Source: Alphaproteobacteria bacterium | GTDB lineage: Bacteria; Pseudomonadota; Alphaproteobacteria; Rhizobiales; JAKIUO01 | Length of the DNA stretch: 64,000 nucleotides | NCBI GenBank assembly: GCA_024280895.1 | Contig: JAJRPI010000014.1 | Coordinates: forward strand, 20,893 to 84,892 | Direction: 5' to 3' | In this document: positions 40,828 through 51,191 of the stretch, piece by piece | How the letters are laid out: each line of letters begins with the position of its first letter | Position numbering within the stretch: position 1 is the first letter of the stretch | Translations under genes and position numbers: made by a program | The notes under the pieces: generated by a model | What the model saw: only the letters and a program-made list of their open reading frames with translations | Told to the model about the DNA's origin: nothing | Databases searched by the model: none

Positions 40828-43800
40828 TTATTCTGGATCAAGGGTGCGCAACACGGAGCTGTTCGTGCTCCCTTGTTTTTGTCCAAGCTTGCGGGCCGGG
40901 ACATAAACCGGCTGCTGAATATCTTTTTTCTTGAAACGATTGCGAAACTCGTTGGCCAGGCTTTTTTCATCGTCCAGATCGAACTGGCGATCCAGATAAC
41001 GCTTCACTTCAATGATCTCGATACGATTGCGCCCGGCCTTTTTGCCCGGTAAATCCGCTTTTCTATCGGTCAGAGCTTTCAAGAAAGCGTAAGAAAAAAG
41101 CCCGTTACCACGTTCATTGAATGGACGCGATGGATCGATCGCATATTTGCGTTGGTCCAGCGAATATTGCCCTGCCATCCCGGAAAACAGATAATGCGCC
41201 GAGAGCACCTGATCTTGAAATTCGGCGCTGATGAGACCGGGGTCAAAGGGCACCGCATCAGGATTGCCGACCGGTACGCGGCAAGCATCAAACACCACCA
41301 GTTTTTCCGCGCTGATTTGCTTGAGGGCGCCAATCAGATCTTCGCTGGTAAATACCTGTTCCTTAATGCTCTCCTTGGTCAAAGCCGGGTCCGTTGTATA
41401 GGTGACAAAGGCACTGCGGCCCTTGTCCTTGTTATAGGGATGAATGAAGCCGTGCCCTGAAAAGTGAAAGAAGAACAGATCATTGCTCAGCTCTTCGGCA
41501 CGATCAGAATTAACAATATTGGTAAGGGCTTGCAAAATGCCAGCCTTTGTCGGTTCATAGCGCTGCACATAGGGTAGTGCTGTTAAATCATTGAGCTGCT
41601 TTGTCGTTGAACGGCCCTTTGGCGAGACGATCAGCGAGATATTGATGCTTGAAAAATCCGGCGACAAGCCAGAATCTTTGAGCGAGCGCTTTTGATGATC
41701 ATCGACAAATAGCTGGGCAATATCAAGTGCATCATTTTGCGTATATTGCAGGTCATAACTACTAAATTTATGTTTTGAAATACCGATAATGATGGCCCAC
41801 AAGCGGCGCTTTTTGGGTTTTGCCAGCTTGCCTTGCCAGATCAGCGCGTGACATGGCCCCGCTTTTTCATCAATATGAAAACACACATGCACGGCGCGAT
41901 TGCTGCTGCGGGCCGTTGCGGGTAACTCCACATCGAGAGCCAAAGCTCCTTGCTGGCTCAACGGGATTGATTTATCGGCGCTAATGCGTTGGCCATCAAC
42001 AATTTTCACCATATTGACGCCAGATCCGGTTTTGATCTGTAAATTGCGCGCCGATTTTGGCAAGCCGCTGGTATCAATTTGAAAGCGAACGGTTTTATTG
42101 GTGACCTCGGCCAGTTCAAAGGGCAGTGCTACGCGCAAGCCTATTTGCGTCCCTTGGGCAGCCTGTACCGCTTCATTGATGATGGGTAAGAACCCGCGCA
42201 CCTTGGCTTGCGGGATCTCCTGATCAAGCGCTAGCTTGATGGCTTTATCATCATAGAGCCGCAACAATTTGCGGTAAGGAATGAAACTGACCTTGCCTGC
42301 TTGGCGCTCAACCTGCCAACCGATCTGTTTTTTGGCGCGCGGATCATTGGCAAATTTTCCAGAGGGCAGCCAGGCCGTCCAGATCCATTCTCCCAGCTCA
42401 TCTTGAGCAATGTGAACGGACAGCAATTTGTGTAATTTACAAGACTTATTGGTGCGCTCAACACGGTACCAGCGCAAGGTGCCATCGCTATGACCAACAA
42501 TCGCGGTGCGCCCGTCCGGGGTTAAATTGACCCGGAACGCTTCATGATCTATGCGCATTCGGCACAAGGTTTTTGCCCCTGCCTCATCATCAATTTCTAC
42601 CAGCCGCAAAAAATCGCTACTGCCCAGTAGAACCAGTTTTTTATCAGCAACCAGCGCCGCCGAGCGATAGAAATCATCGCGCACGGGATGATCTTCGCGC
42701 AAAGGCTCACCGTAAATGATCGGCGGTTTGCGGCTATTGCGCCAGCCCTCAATAAGGTTTTTATCGTGATTGGGGGCGCTAACCCCCTCGGCATCTCCAT
42801 CAAGGCGTGTCAGGCGGCGTTTACTGAGATCAAATTGCAAGCGCAAGCGTTCCCCATGCCGGCCACGGTAATCATCGAACACCACTTTTTTGCCGCTCAT
42901 CGAGACCGAGAACGCCATGCCGCCATCGCGAAAATCAGCTGCAATATTACGATCGGACAGCTCTTGCCCCTCAAGGAGTTCCAGCGCTTCGCCTTCATAA
43001 TCAATCAGTCCGATGCGGCGCTGGGTGGCATATAGCAAGCCGCCGCGCTTGGGCAATGCGATCAGCTCCATGACGCGGTCCGTGCCAACGGGAATAAAGG
43101 CCGGGTCTTCATCTTCGTCCAAAGCGGAAAAACGGGCGATACAGATATCGGCAACCGAGCTCACCTCTCCCAAGATGAGATCAGGATTGACAAAGGTGCA
43201 CCAGAACACGCCGCCCGCAAAAACCCACTCTTCATCATCCTGCGTTTTGACCCACGCCACTTGCTCCAGCGAGGTCTGATTGGCATCGGCATTTTGTTTG
43301 CGATCAAGATAGGCTGGATGTTTGAGATGATCTTCGCTGATGGCAAACGGCTTACGCGCGACTTTCAAACTATCAGCGCTCAAAACCGCAGCACGTAAAT
43401 GAACGCCGCCATCAAGGGAGCGGTTGCGCCGATCCCCGACCAGCAGTTTTGAACCATCTGGCGAAAAGCTCACATCCCCCGGGCGCTCGAGTTTCAGCGC
43501 CGCTGGCTTGGCAAACGCCAACCGCTTGGCTTGATCACCATCTAACCCATAGGACCGGACCCCACTATCCCCCGAGGTCACCAGCCATAATTTGCTATTG
43601 TTTTTAGAGAACGCCAGACCAGTGGTATCGGGCTTGGCATCCACATCCAGCGCCTTGCCAACTTGTGAGCATTGATCGCCGCCGCCATAATCCTTGTCAT
43701 CGCTATAAAACAGCTTCCAGTCGGGAGCCTGCCAGACACGCAAGCCGCAACCATCGCTTAGCACCGCCGCCAGATATTTTCCATCGCGCGAAAAACGCAA

Positions 43801-44262
43801 GGCCTGCGGCCTTGTGGCGATGCCTTTGATCTGCGCCAACTGCTCCCCGCTTTTACGGTCCAGCAGATAGATTTTCGCTGTGCCAGAGATAGGCAAACCA
43901 TCGCTCGTCGCCCGTGGTGGCACAGAGCTTGCGACCAACTTGCCATCCGCGCTGATCGCCACCCCATGTGCTCGCTTGCGTTGTTCTTTGCGGATCGGCA
44001 CACGCAGGATTGATTTGGATTGCAAATCATCCAGCGGCCAGACATTGATGGCCTTATAGGGTGAACTCGACACCACATAGCGCTCACTGGCATCCACGTC
44101 CAACCGCCACAAAGTGGCGGCGAAAGGGGAATTGATGCGCAGGGTCGGCTTGGCTTTTTGCGGTTCAGCGGCGATTGAGTGAGCGGTCGCCATCAATGAT
44201 GCCGCGAACATCAAAAAGGCTGCGATCAAAAGTCTTTTGCCTAATTTATCATGTAAGAACAT
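40828..44262 (-). CDS. exported WD40 beta-propeller plus caspase-like (peptidase C14) protein
   Basis: Signal peptide; WD-like repeats (FSRDGKYLA, FSPDGSKLL, LTPDGRTAIVGHSDGTLRWY); caspase fold LWAIIIGIS..Y.L.Y..NDA, FHFSGHG, VFDACR, GLFSYAFL.AL. Confidence 0.88.
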   Translation of the reverse strand: MFLHDKLGKRLLIAAFLMFAASLMATAHSIAAEPQKAKPTLRINSPFAATLWRLDVDASERYVVSSSPYKAINVWPLDDLQSKSILRVPIRKEQRKRAHGVAISADGKLVASSVPPRATSDGLPISGTAKIYLLDRKSGEQLAQIKGIATRPQALRFSRDGKYLAAVLSDGCGLRVWQAPDWKLFYSDDKDYGGGDQCSQVGKALDVDAKPDTTGLAFSKNNSKLWLVTSGDSGVRSYGLDGDQAKRLAFAKPAALKLERPGDVSFSPDGSKLLVGDRRNRSLDGGVHLRAAVLSADSLKVARKPFAISEDHLKHPAYLDRKQNADANQTSLEQVAWVKTQDDEEWVFAGGVFWCTFVNPDLILGEVSSVADICIARFSALDEDEDPAFIPVGTDRVMELIALPKRGGLLYATQRRIGLIDYEGEALELLEGQELSDRNIAADFRDGGMAFSVSMSGKKVVFDDYRGRHGERLRLQFDLSKRRLTRLDGDAEGVSAPNHDKNLIEGWRNSRKPPIIYGEPLREDHPVRDDFYRSAALVADKKLVLLGSSDFLRLVEIDDEAGAKTLCRMRIDHEAFRVNLTPDGRTAIVGHSDGTLRWYRVERTNKSCKLHKLLSVHIAQDELGEWIWTAWLPSGKFANDPRAKKQIGWQVERQAGKVSFIPYRKLLRLYDDKAIKLALDQEIPQAKVRGFLPIINEAVQAAQGTQIGLRVALPFELAEVTNKTVRFQIDTSGLPKSARNLQIKTGSGVNMVKIVDGQRISADKSIPLSQQGALALDVELPATARSSNRAVHVCFHIDEKAGPCHALIWQGKLAKPKKRRLWAIIIGISKHKFSSYDLQYTQNDALDIAQLFVDDHQKRSLKDSGLSPDFSSINISLIVSPKGRSTTKQLNDLTALPYVQRYEPTKAGILQALTNIVNSDRAEELSNDLFFFHFSGHGFIHPYNKDKGRSAFVTYTTDPALTKESIKEQVFTSEDLIGALKQISAEKLVVFDACRVPVGNPDAVPFDPGLISAEFQDQVLSAHYLFSGMAGQYSLDQRKYAIDPSRPFNERGNGLFSYAFLKALTDRKADLPGKKAGRNRIEIIEVKRYLDRQFDLDDEKSLANEFRNRFKKKDIQQPVYVPARKLGQKQGSTNSSVLRTLDPE

Positions 44263-44267
44263 ATGGC

Positions 44268-45899
44268 TTATTCCGCAACTTTCACCAGCAAGTCCAATGG
44301 CCGTGTGAGCTTGCTCATATTAAACAATTCGCCATAGCGCTCATAATAGCCGGTGAGCGTGATGGTGGAGTGTGCGACTTCTTTTTCCTTGGTGCCAGCT
44401 GGTAGCGCAAATCGCAAATCCACATATTCGCCATAGCCAAGTTTGAGCCGCTTTTGATCAAGCTTCGCCAAATCCTCAACATCAGGTTTGAGAATTTGCT
44501 GCTTGCCGTTTTTCAACTCGATCATCAAACTGGCTTGATCAATATGGGCCAGCTCTGGTTCGCGCTCGTGAATGCGGAACCTAGATTTGAACCCCTCAAA
44601 GCGTCGCTGGTCAGATTGTTCCAGACCAACGCCGTTGGCTTTGTCGAGCATTTTACCGGTATTGATATAGTCATTAAGTTCGCTCGACCAGACATGCAGG
44701 TAAGGACAAGAGCCGCCATCATCGCCGGTGGTCAGCGAAACGAAATTTGAGGACTGCCCCTCCAGATCAAGGCGCTCACCATTTACTTCAATCCCTTTTA
44801 AAAGCACTTCTGGCCCATACACATATCCCGGTAGTTTAAAACCGGCTTGCTGATCGTCATCGACAATAAAGGCCATGCGCTGAAACAACAGGGCCTTGTC
44901 GCCGGGGTGCAAGATCAATTCGCCAGTCGCAAGGGAAACCGCCTGCTTTTTACGTAAAGCCGTGGATTTTGAAAAGCTGCGCAGTTTGGTCTTTTTACCT
45001 TTGGCCCCCAGCAAATGCTTGATGGTAATCACATCGGTAGAAGTGTTTTCGATCACTGCGATATCAACCAGCATGGCGCGCTCGGTATAATTAAGCACCC
45101 AGCGCGCCGCATAGCCCGCGCAATCTGCCGCTTGTTCAGCATTGCCATAAATGACCATGAATTTACGCGGCACACCCTTGCGGGTAATATAGTCGAGCAT
45201 GGAGAAATATTTATTGCCCATGGAGCCTTCGCGGGATTTTTTCAATGCTGTTATCAAACGATTATAATCGCTCAATCTCTTCTTGAAGTTTTTGAAATCG
45301 CGGCGCTTGGCATAGCGCCAGATCTTTTTAATCCGCTGGCCATATTCGGTAACCGTTTTGCTCTTATAGGCTTTTGGCACCCGGCCATTATATTCCAGAG
45401 AACGCAGATCATCAGCGGCGGGGAAAACACTATATTCCAGCGGCTTATACCATCCCCCTATCGAGCGACGGATGGGGCTCTTGCCGGTGCATTTATTGTC
45501 ATCCTTCATGCCCTGCCCCTTGCCAGCGGCAATCACTGTATAGACCTCGCAACCCCAACCTTGGGTATATTCGCCAAACTTGTCCATCAATGTTTTATAT
45601 TCGCGATACACATCATTTTGGATCAGCTTTGGCTTGCCAAACATGGTTTTGAAACCGGCAGGCAAGTTGCCCGCCAAAATACTATGAGCGACAAAATCAG
45701 TGACGCGGTGAAAGCGCACGCGCACGCTTTGGTTCCTCTGCGTTTGGCAAAGATAATCACGCAACCGCATATTATTGCCGCCGCTTTTTATGATGCGGAT
45801 ATCCTGCAAGCACTGTCCGGCAAAAAGAGGGGTCGACTGGATCGGCAAAAAAGACAAGAGACAAACAAAACCGATGGAACGACAGAGCCAACGCAACAT
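44268..45899 (-). CDS. hypothetical exported protein with a C-terminal SCP(Y/F)-type domain
   Basis: GAGGGAG RBS, signal peptide ending LFA, six Cys in the mature part, GGSCPYLHVW...ERE.E...ID...GYY domain. Ends 5 nt before the caspase ATG. Confidence 0.8.
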   Translation of the reverse strand: MLRWLCRSIGFVCLLSFLPIQSTPLFAGQCLQDIRIIKSGGNNMRLRDYLCQTQRNQSVRVRFHRVTDFVAHSILAGNLPAGFKTMFGKPKLIQNDVYREYKTLMDKFGEYTQGWGCEVYTVIAAGKGQGMKDDNKCTGKSPIRRSIGGWYKPLEYSVFPAADDLRSLEYNGRVPKAYKSKTVTEYGQRIKKIWRYAKRRDFKNFKKRLSDYNRLITALKKSREGSMGNKYFSMLDYITRKGVPRKFMVIYGNAEQAADCAGYAARWVLNYTERAMLVDIAVIENTSTDVITIKHLLGAKGKKTKLRSFSKSTALRKKQAVSLATGELILHPGDKALLFQRMAFIVDDDQQAGFKLPGYVYGPEVLLKGIEVNGERLDLEGQSSNFVSLTTGDDGGSCPYLHVWSSELNDYINTGKMLDKANGVGLEQSDQRRFEGFKSRFRIHEREPELAHIDQASLMIELKNGKQQILKPDVEDLAKLDQKRLKLGYGEYVDLRFALPAGTKEKEVAHSTITLTGYYERYGELFNMSKLTRPLDLLVKVAE

Positions 45900-46097
45900 A
45901 AAACTCTCCCTCAAGAGGAACTGAATTAAAGATACAGGACAGAATTCAAGCAATAAAAACAATGTACCCAATTACCCCGGCACTTACAATATTGATCCTG
46001 GTTTATTCCTTGTCACCCCCTGGTAAAAACCGTAAACTAAGCAATGAGCGGGATCCTTTCCCATGCGTTCGCGGCCAATAAAATATGCGAGAAAAAA

Positions 46098-46472
46098 ATG
46101 TCCAAAACCCCTTGCGCCTTGTGGAATGTCATCGCACCCGACAATAGTGATCGCTGGAGCGAGCTGCCTGATACGGATGGCAAAGTGCTGAGTGTCACGC
46201 TGGCCGAGGACGAGGAAACCGGACACTACACGCGCCTTACCCGGTTCTTGCCCGGGGCCGATACCAGTGCTTACAAGACGCAATCACATAGCTATGTGGA
46301 AGAGATTTATATTATCGAGGGCGAGGTCTATGACGCGGTGTTCGATCGCACATTGGTAGCCGGAGATTATACCTGCCGACCACCACATGAAGATCACGGG
46401 CCATTCAAGTCTCCCAAAGGCTGTCTGGTAATGGAGATTTCTTATCCAGATGAACGCCCGGAAAAAGTCTGA
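46098..46472 (+). CDS. cupin domain protein (ChrR-like cupin)
   Basis: TRLTRFLPG, HSYVEEIYIIEG, GDYTCRPPHEDHGPF. Confidence 0.88.
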   Translation: MSKTPCALWNVIAPDNSDRWSELPDTDGKVLSVTLAEDEETGHYTRLTRFLPGADTSAYKTQSHSYVEEIYIIEGEVYDAVFDRTLVAGDYTCRPPHEDHGPFKSPKGCLVMEISYPDERPEKV

Positions 46473-46680
46473 TCACGCTCATATGATCACTTTGGTTGAT
46501 TTTCAATCGAATGAAATCGCAACTCGCATTTTTCTTCTGGCATCACACCCTCATTGAGATCGGCAAAAGTTGGGCGATAACAAGCGGGTCCTATTACACA
46601 ATTGCTCAAAAAACAAATATACTCTCCGGTATGGGCCTATATAAAATTAGAATTTTAGTGCTGACCTGTAGCCATGATAT

Positions 46681-47253
46681 TTAATTGCGAAAGATGTCAT
46701 TCATTCGAGCGTTCAGACGGTGTAGCGCGCGTGTAAATACAAGCGGATCATCAAGACCGCGAGCAAGGAGTAGAGCCCCTTGAATTCCCCCGATATATTC
46801 TTCGGCGATTGCACGTGCAGCACTATGGTCCAATCCAGAGCGCTCTATGGAGTCGCTAAGGGTATCAGTCCATGCTTGGAAATAATGGCGAATACGCAAG
46901 GCAAACTGGTCACGCGTATTGCTTAAGGCAAAAGCTCCCACAAGGCAGATACGCCCACCAGAGTGGAAATAGCTATCAACAGCGGACAGCATACTCGCTA
47001 CCGCGTGCCGAATATCGGTTTCACTCCGTAAGGGGGCAAATACGCTTTCCTCGAACCAGTTTTCAATCTCGCCCAGCACTGCGTCAGCCATTTCCTTTTT
47101 TCCGCCAGGAAAAAAGTGATAAAGGCTGCCTTTACCAAGTCCAGTGTGGGCGGTAATCGCTGACAGGCTTGCACCATCATATCCATGCTCACGAAATACT
47201 TCTGAAAGCAGTGGGATTACATCTTCGCGCTCGAGAAACGTACGTGACATCAA
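46681..47253 (-). CDS. TetR/AcrR family transcriptional regulator
   Basis: FREHGYDGASL..I...TGLGKGSLYHFFPGGK. Confidence 0.94.
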   Translation of the reverse strand: MMSRTFLEREDVIPLLSEVFREHGYDGASLSAITAHTGLGKGSLYHFFPGGKKEMADAVLGEIENWFEESVFAPLRSETDIRHAVASMLSAVDSYFHSGGRICLVGAFALSNTRDQFALRIRHYFQAWTDTLSDSIERSGLDHSAARAIAEEYIGGIQGALLLARGLDDPLVFTRALHRLNARMNDIFRN

Positions 47254-47738
47254 CTGGCCTTTAACGGATATTCAACCCCCGTAAGGCGGTGATAGATCGC
47301 GGCTGTCGCAACCATAATCAAAGTACCAAACAGGACAGGAAATAAAAGATAACCGACATCTGGATGGCTTGCAAACACCACGAGAGGATCGGCGCCAGCT
47401 GGCGGATGTGTTACCCGGAGCGCGGCCATCAAAGCAATCGAAACTCCAACGGCAAGCGCGGCGCCCCACCAGACTTCAGGAAAAAATATTCGAAACCCCA
47501 AGCCAATTGCCGTCGCCAAAAGGTGACCGCAAACGACATTCATTGGCTGAGATAGAGGGCTAGCTGGCACAGAAAATAGCAATACGCAGCTAGCCCCAAA
47601 GGGCGCCATCAACAACAATGTTCCCGTGTAAAGCGTTAATGCACCGGTTAATCCAATGGCAATAAATCCCCCAAGACCGGCCAACAGCCATTGTACAGGC
47701 TTGACTGATGGTTGGTGGCGTATTAGGAATGTTTTCAT
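47250..47738 (-). CDS. HPP family membrane protein
   Basis: APFGASCVLLF, SPLSQP, THPPAGA; ATGA overlap with tetR. Confidence 0.92.
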   Translation of the reverse strand: MKTFLIRHQPSVKPVQWLLAGLGGFIAIGLTGALTLYTGTLLLMAPFGASCVLLFSVPASPLSQPMNVVCGHLLATAIGLGFRIFFPEVWWGAALAVGVSIALMAALRVTHPPAGADPLVVFASHPDVGYLLFPVLFGTLIMVATAAIYHRLTGVEYPLKAS

Positions 47739-47741
47739 ATC

Positions 47742-47776
47742 TGTACCCTTTGGTAAACTACATACCGATTGGTACA
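47742..47776. promoter_or_regulatory. two TACC-N4-GGTA palindromes, probable TetR operators
   Basis: TACCCTTTGGTA (47744) and TACCGATTGGTA (47763), directly upstream of the HPP start. Confidence 0.6.
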
Positions 47777-47843
47777 TTCAGGGATTCATGAAGTCAAACG
47801 CTAATCCGTTACTTCATCTGAATTACTCTATCAAATACGAGCT

Positions 47844-49220
47844 ATGGGAGAACCATTTATGCGATCGCAGCCCGTGGATCTATCAAAAACCTTTTCGCCA
47901 TTATTGAGCAACGCAAAAATTTTGGTCGTGGACGATGAGCCCGGAATGCGGAACTTCCTTGTTAAAACACTTGCTCCTTATTGCTCATGTGTAGAAGAAG
48001 CCAAAGATACCGCACAGGCTTCTGCCCTTCTTGATACGAAGCGTTTTGATATTATCATTCTGGACAATATCATGCCTGGTCAAAGCGGCATTGAGTGGCT
48101 GGCAGAGCAGTGGGAAATTGGATTATTTGGCGACGCTATTTTAATAACTGCCTATGCTGAACTGGAAACAGTTATCGCAGCGTTGCGAGCGGGAGCAATT
48201 GATTTTCTTCTAAAACCTTTTCGCTCAAATCAAATACTCAATGCCGTGGCGCGATGTCTCGACCGCGCCAAACTCCAACGCGAGAATAATCTGCTAAGGC
48301 ATGAACTAGACGCCCATATCAATATCTTGAGACGCCGCAAACGGTTGGTTGGTAGCTCGAAAGAAATTGAAACCGTGCGCGAACTTTTGCAGCGCATTGC
48401 CAAACTACCAGCCAATGTCATCATCACTGGAGAGTATGGCACCGGCAAGGAAGTCGCCGCACGCATGTTGCACGATTTGTCGGATCGCGCCTCATTGCCA
48501 TTTGCTTCGATCTCTTGTTCATCTGGAACGAAAGAAACCTTCGAAGAAGACTTATTTGGCCGCGTTGCGCAAGGAGCGGATAACCAAGCGCAAAAAGAAG
48601 GTCTACTCCTGTCTGCGCAAGGCGGCACCTTGTTTCTCGATGATGTGGACGAACTATCAAGCAAAGCTCAGATTGCCCTGATAAAAGTGATCGAGACGAA
48701 CAAGGTAAAACCTTTCAAGGCTGATAGAGATGTGCCTCTCAACGTCCGGTTGGTATTTTCCACATCGCGCTCTTTGCGTTCTCTTGTTGAGGCTGGGTCG
48801 TTCCGAAAAGACCTGTATTATCGGATCAATGTGCTCAATGTACACATCCCCCCTCTAAGAGAGCGGCCCCAGGACATACTTGATCTGGTCCATTTGTTTC
48901 TGCGCAAGATGAAACCTGATTTCAAGGGGGAAAGCCTGGAGATAACTCCGGCTATTGGCGCAAAACTGCTACGCTATGATTGGCCCGGCAATGCTCGGGA
49001 ACTTCGAAATCATGTTGAACGTGCTTTTATTAATGGTGACCTCGCATTGGACCTGCAATTGCCACCTGATGCGGCCGATATCGACACGCTCGCCGCAATC
49101 GAGCGCAAGCATATTCTAAAAACACTCGAGGCATGCAAAAACAATCGCCCCGATGCGGCACGCAAACTTGGTATTTCCCGCAAAACAATTGACCGCAAAT
49201 TTCGCATTTGGGGCCTTTAG
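47844..49220 (+). CDS. NtrC-family response regulator (REC-AAA+-Fis HTH) lacking GAFTGA
   Basis: LVVDDE and IILDNIMPG receiver; GEYGTGKE; FRKDLYYR; WPGNARELRN; AARKLGISRKT. Confidence 0.93.
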   Translation: MGEPFMRSQPVDLSKTFSPLLSNAKILVVDDEPGMRNFLVKTLAPYCSCVEEAKDTAQASALLDTKRFDIIILDNIMPGQSGIEWLAEQWEIGLFGDAILITAYAELETVIAALRAGAIDFLLKPFRSNQILNAVARCLDRAKLQRENNLLRHELDAHINILRRRKRLVGSSKEIETVRELLQRIAKLPANVIITGEYGTGKEVAARMLHDLSDRASLPFASISCSSGTKETFEEDLFGRVAQGADNQAQKEGLLLSAQGGTLFLDDVDELSSKAQIALIKVIETNKVKPFKADRDVPLNVRLVFSTSRSLRSLVEAGSFRKDLYYRINVLNVHIPPLRERPQDILDLVHLFLRKMKPDFKGESLEITPAIGAKLLRYDWPGNARELRNHVERAFINGDLALDLQLPPDAADIDTLAAIERKHILKTLEACKNNRPDAARKLGISRKTIDRKFRIWGL

Positions 49221-49221
49221 G

Positions 49222-51114
49222 ATGCTGCTCGCCCTTTCCAAATCAGTCCGGCTACGCCTGTTAATACTGGCACTGCTGCCATTGATTGTTCTGCTACCGT
49301 TGTTTCTTGGTGTTGCCATGGTCCGTTGGGCCCATAAATTTGATGATCTCCTGATCTCCAAAGTGGCAAGCGACTTGCAAATCGCCCAGCAATATCTGCA
49401 ACGGATCATTAAAGTCAGGGGTGATGAAATAAGTGCCCTTGCGCGATCTGTCGAGTTCCAGCAAGCAAGCAGGACAGATGATCCCTCATTCAAAAACTAT
49501 CTTGAAGCAAATCGCAAGCGTCTGGGACTGGATTTTCTATTTTTACGCACAATGAGTGAAGCGCGGGACAGTCGTTTGAACTCTGCGGTAATTGCCCGCG
49601 CAATCATTCCCCTGATCGCCACCAAGGCAGCCGTTGCAACTGATCGTCTGCAAGAAACCCGGGGGATGGTTCTTCATTCCGCTGTTCGCGTAATAACCAT
49701 AAAGACAGATGCCATATTGATCGGCGGCGTTTTGCTAAACAAAAACCTGCACTTTATCGATACAATTAATGATCTCGTCTACAAGAAAAAAGATGGCAGG
49801 AATGCCCCCCAAGGAACAGCAACCCTATTCCTGGATGATGTCCGCATCAGCACAAATGTCCGTCTGTTCGAGAATGTCCGGGCATTGGGAACGCGCGTCT
49901 CTGCCATCGTCCGGCGCACAGTACTTGATGAGGGGAAGGTCTGGCTCGACCGGGCATTTGTTGTCAATGACTGGTATATATCGGGGTATCAACCGATTAT
50001 AGATAGTCGCGGCAAACATATTGGCATGTTGTATGTCGGTTTTTTAGAACAGCCCTACCAGCTTACAAAATATGCCACTTTCTTTGCTGTATTTCTAGCC
50101 TTTATCGCCGTCATCGCCGTTTCAATACCAGTATTTCTATGGCTCGCCAGAGGGGTCTTTGAACCCCTTAGCCAAATGATTGAAACAATGCAGAAGGTTG
50201 AACATGGGAATTTAGAGGCGCGGATCGGCGAGATCAATTCCAAAGATGAGATTGGTCAAGTCGCAAACCATCTCGACCAACTGCTCGACCAAGTTCAAGA
50301 TCGCGATCAAAAACTGAGAGATTGGACAGATGAGCTCAATAGCCGGGTTGCCAAACGAACGAACGAATTGCGCGACACCAATAAGAAACTGGAGACAACT
50401 TTTCGGCAACTGGTTATGTCCGAAAAACTGGCCTCAATCGGAGAGATAACCGCTGGCGTCGCCCATGAAATCAACAATCCGGTCGCCGTCATACAAGGCA
50501 ATCTAGATGTCGTGCGGCAAACATTGGGCAACCAGGCAGGCATAGTTCGCACAGAGCTTGATCTCATTGATGATCAAATCCATCGCATCAATGTGATCGT
50601 GCACAAATTACTGCAATTTGCCCGACCAGATATTGATGCTGACTTTGCCGAAATGGTGCAGATGGAAAAGGTGGTAGAAGATTGCCTGGTCCTCGTTCAA
50701 AACTCAATGGCTAAATACAATATTACAATATCTAAAAAACTTTCTCGCTGTCCTGGCGTCCACATAAACCGAAGCGAGCTCCAGCAAGTCGTCATCAATC
50801 TCATGATCAATGCGACCCAGGCAATGGCGGACGGGGGACAATTGAGCCTGCTTGTCCGCACCCAAAATCACAACAATACCGCCGGTGTTGAAGCTCATAT
50901 TTCTGACACTGGGCCCGGCATTGCAGATGAAATTCGCGATCAGATTTTTGATCCGTTTTTTACCACCAGACAGGGAAACGGAACTGGCCTTGGCCTGTCC
51001 ATCAGCCAGGCACTTATTCAGCGCGCAGGTGGTTTGATCTCAGTAAAAAGCTCAAAAAACGGTGGATCAAAATTTATTATCTGGCTGCCGCAAATGGACA
51101 ATTTGTCCTCATAA
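49222..51114 (+). CDS. Cache-HAMP sensor histidine kinase
   Basis: Two TM segments, ATLFLDDVRISTNV Cache, HAMP (DEIG), AHEINNP, NATQA, DTGPG, FDPFFTT, GTGLGL. Confidence 0.94.
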   Translation: MLLALSKSVRLRLLILALLPLIVLLPLFLGVAMVRWAHKFDDLLISKVASDLQIAQQYLQRIIKVRGDEISALARSVEFQQASRTDDPSFKNYLEANRKRLGLDFLFLRTMSEARDSRLNSAVIARAIIPLIATKAAVATDRLQETRGMVLHSAVRVITIKTDAILIGGVLLNKNLHFIDTINDLVYKKKDGRNAPQGTATLFLDDVRISTNVRLFENVRALGTRVSAIVRRTVLDEGKVWLDRAFVVNDWYISGYQPIIDSRGKHIGMLYVGFLEQPYQLTKYATFFAVFLAFIAVIAVSIPVFLWLARGVFEPLSQMIETMQKVEHGNLEARIGEINSKDEIGQVANHLDQLLDQVQDRDQKLRDWTDELNSRVAKRTNELRDTNKKLETTFRQLVMSEKLASIGEITAGVAHEINNPVAVIQGNLDVVRQTLGNQAGIVRTELDLIDDQIHRINVIVHKLLQFARPDIDADFAEMVQMEKVVEDCLVLVQNSMAKYNITISKKLSRCPGVHINRSELQQVVINLMINATQAMADGGQLSLLVRTQNHNNTAGVEAHISDTGPGIADEIRDQIFDPFFTTRQGNGTGLGLSISQALIQRAGGLISVKSSKNGGSKFIIWLPQMDNLSS

Positions 51115-51191
51115 AAAAGGGTCAAGCGCTTTGGACTGGACAATTTGTCTGATTTCAGATTTCACACCATCATTTTTGGGACATTTTGACC
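51096..51191. promoter_or_regulatory. three phased GGACA-N3-TGTCC sites upstream of the OFA transporter
   Basis: GGACAATTTGTCC (51096), GGACAATTTGTCT (51138), GGACATTTTGACC (51179); spacing 42 and 41 bp. Confidence 0.65.
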
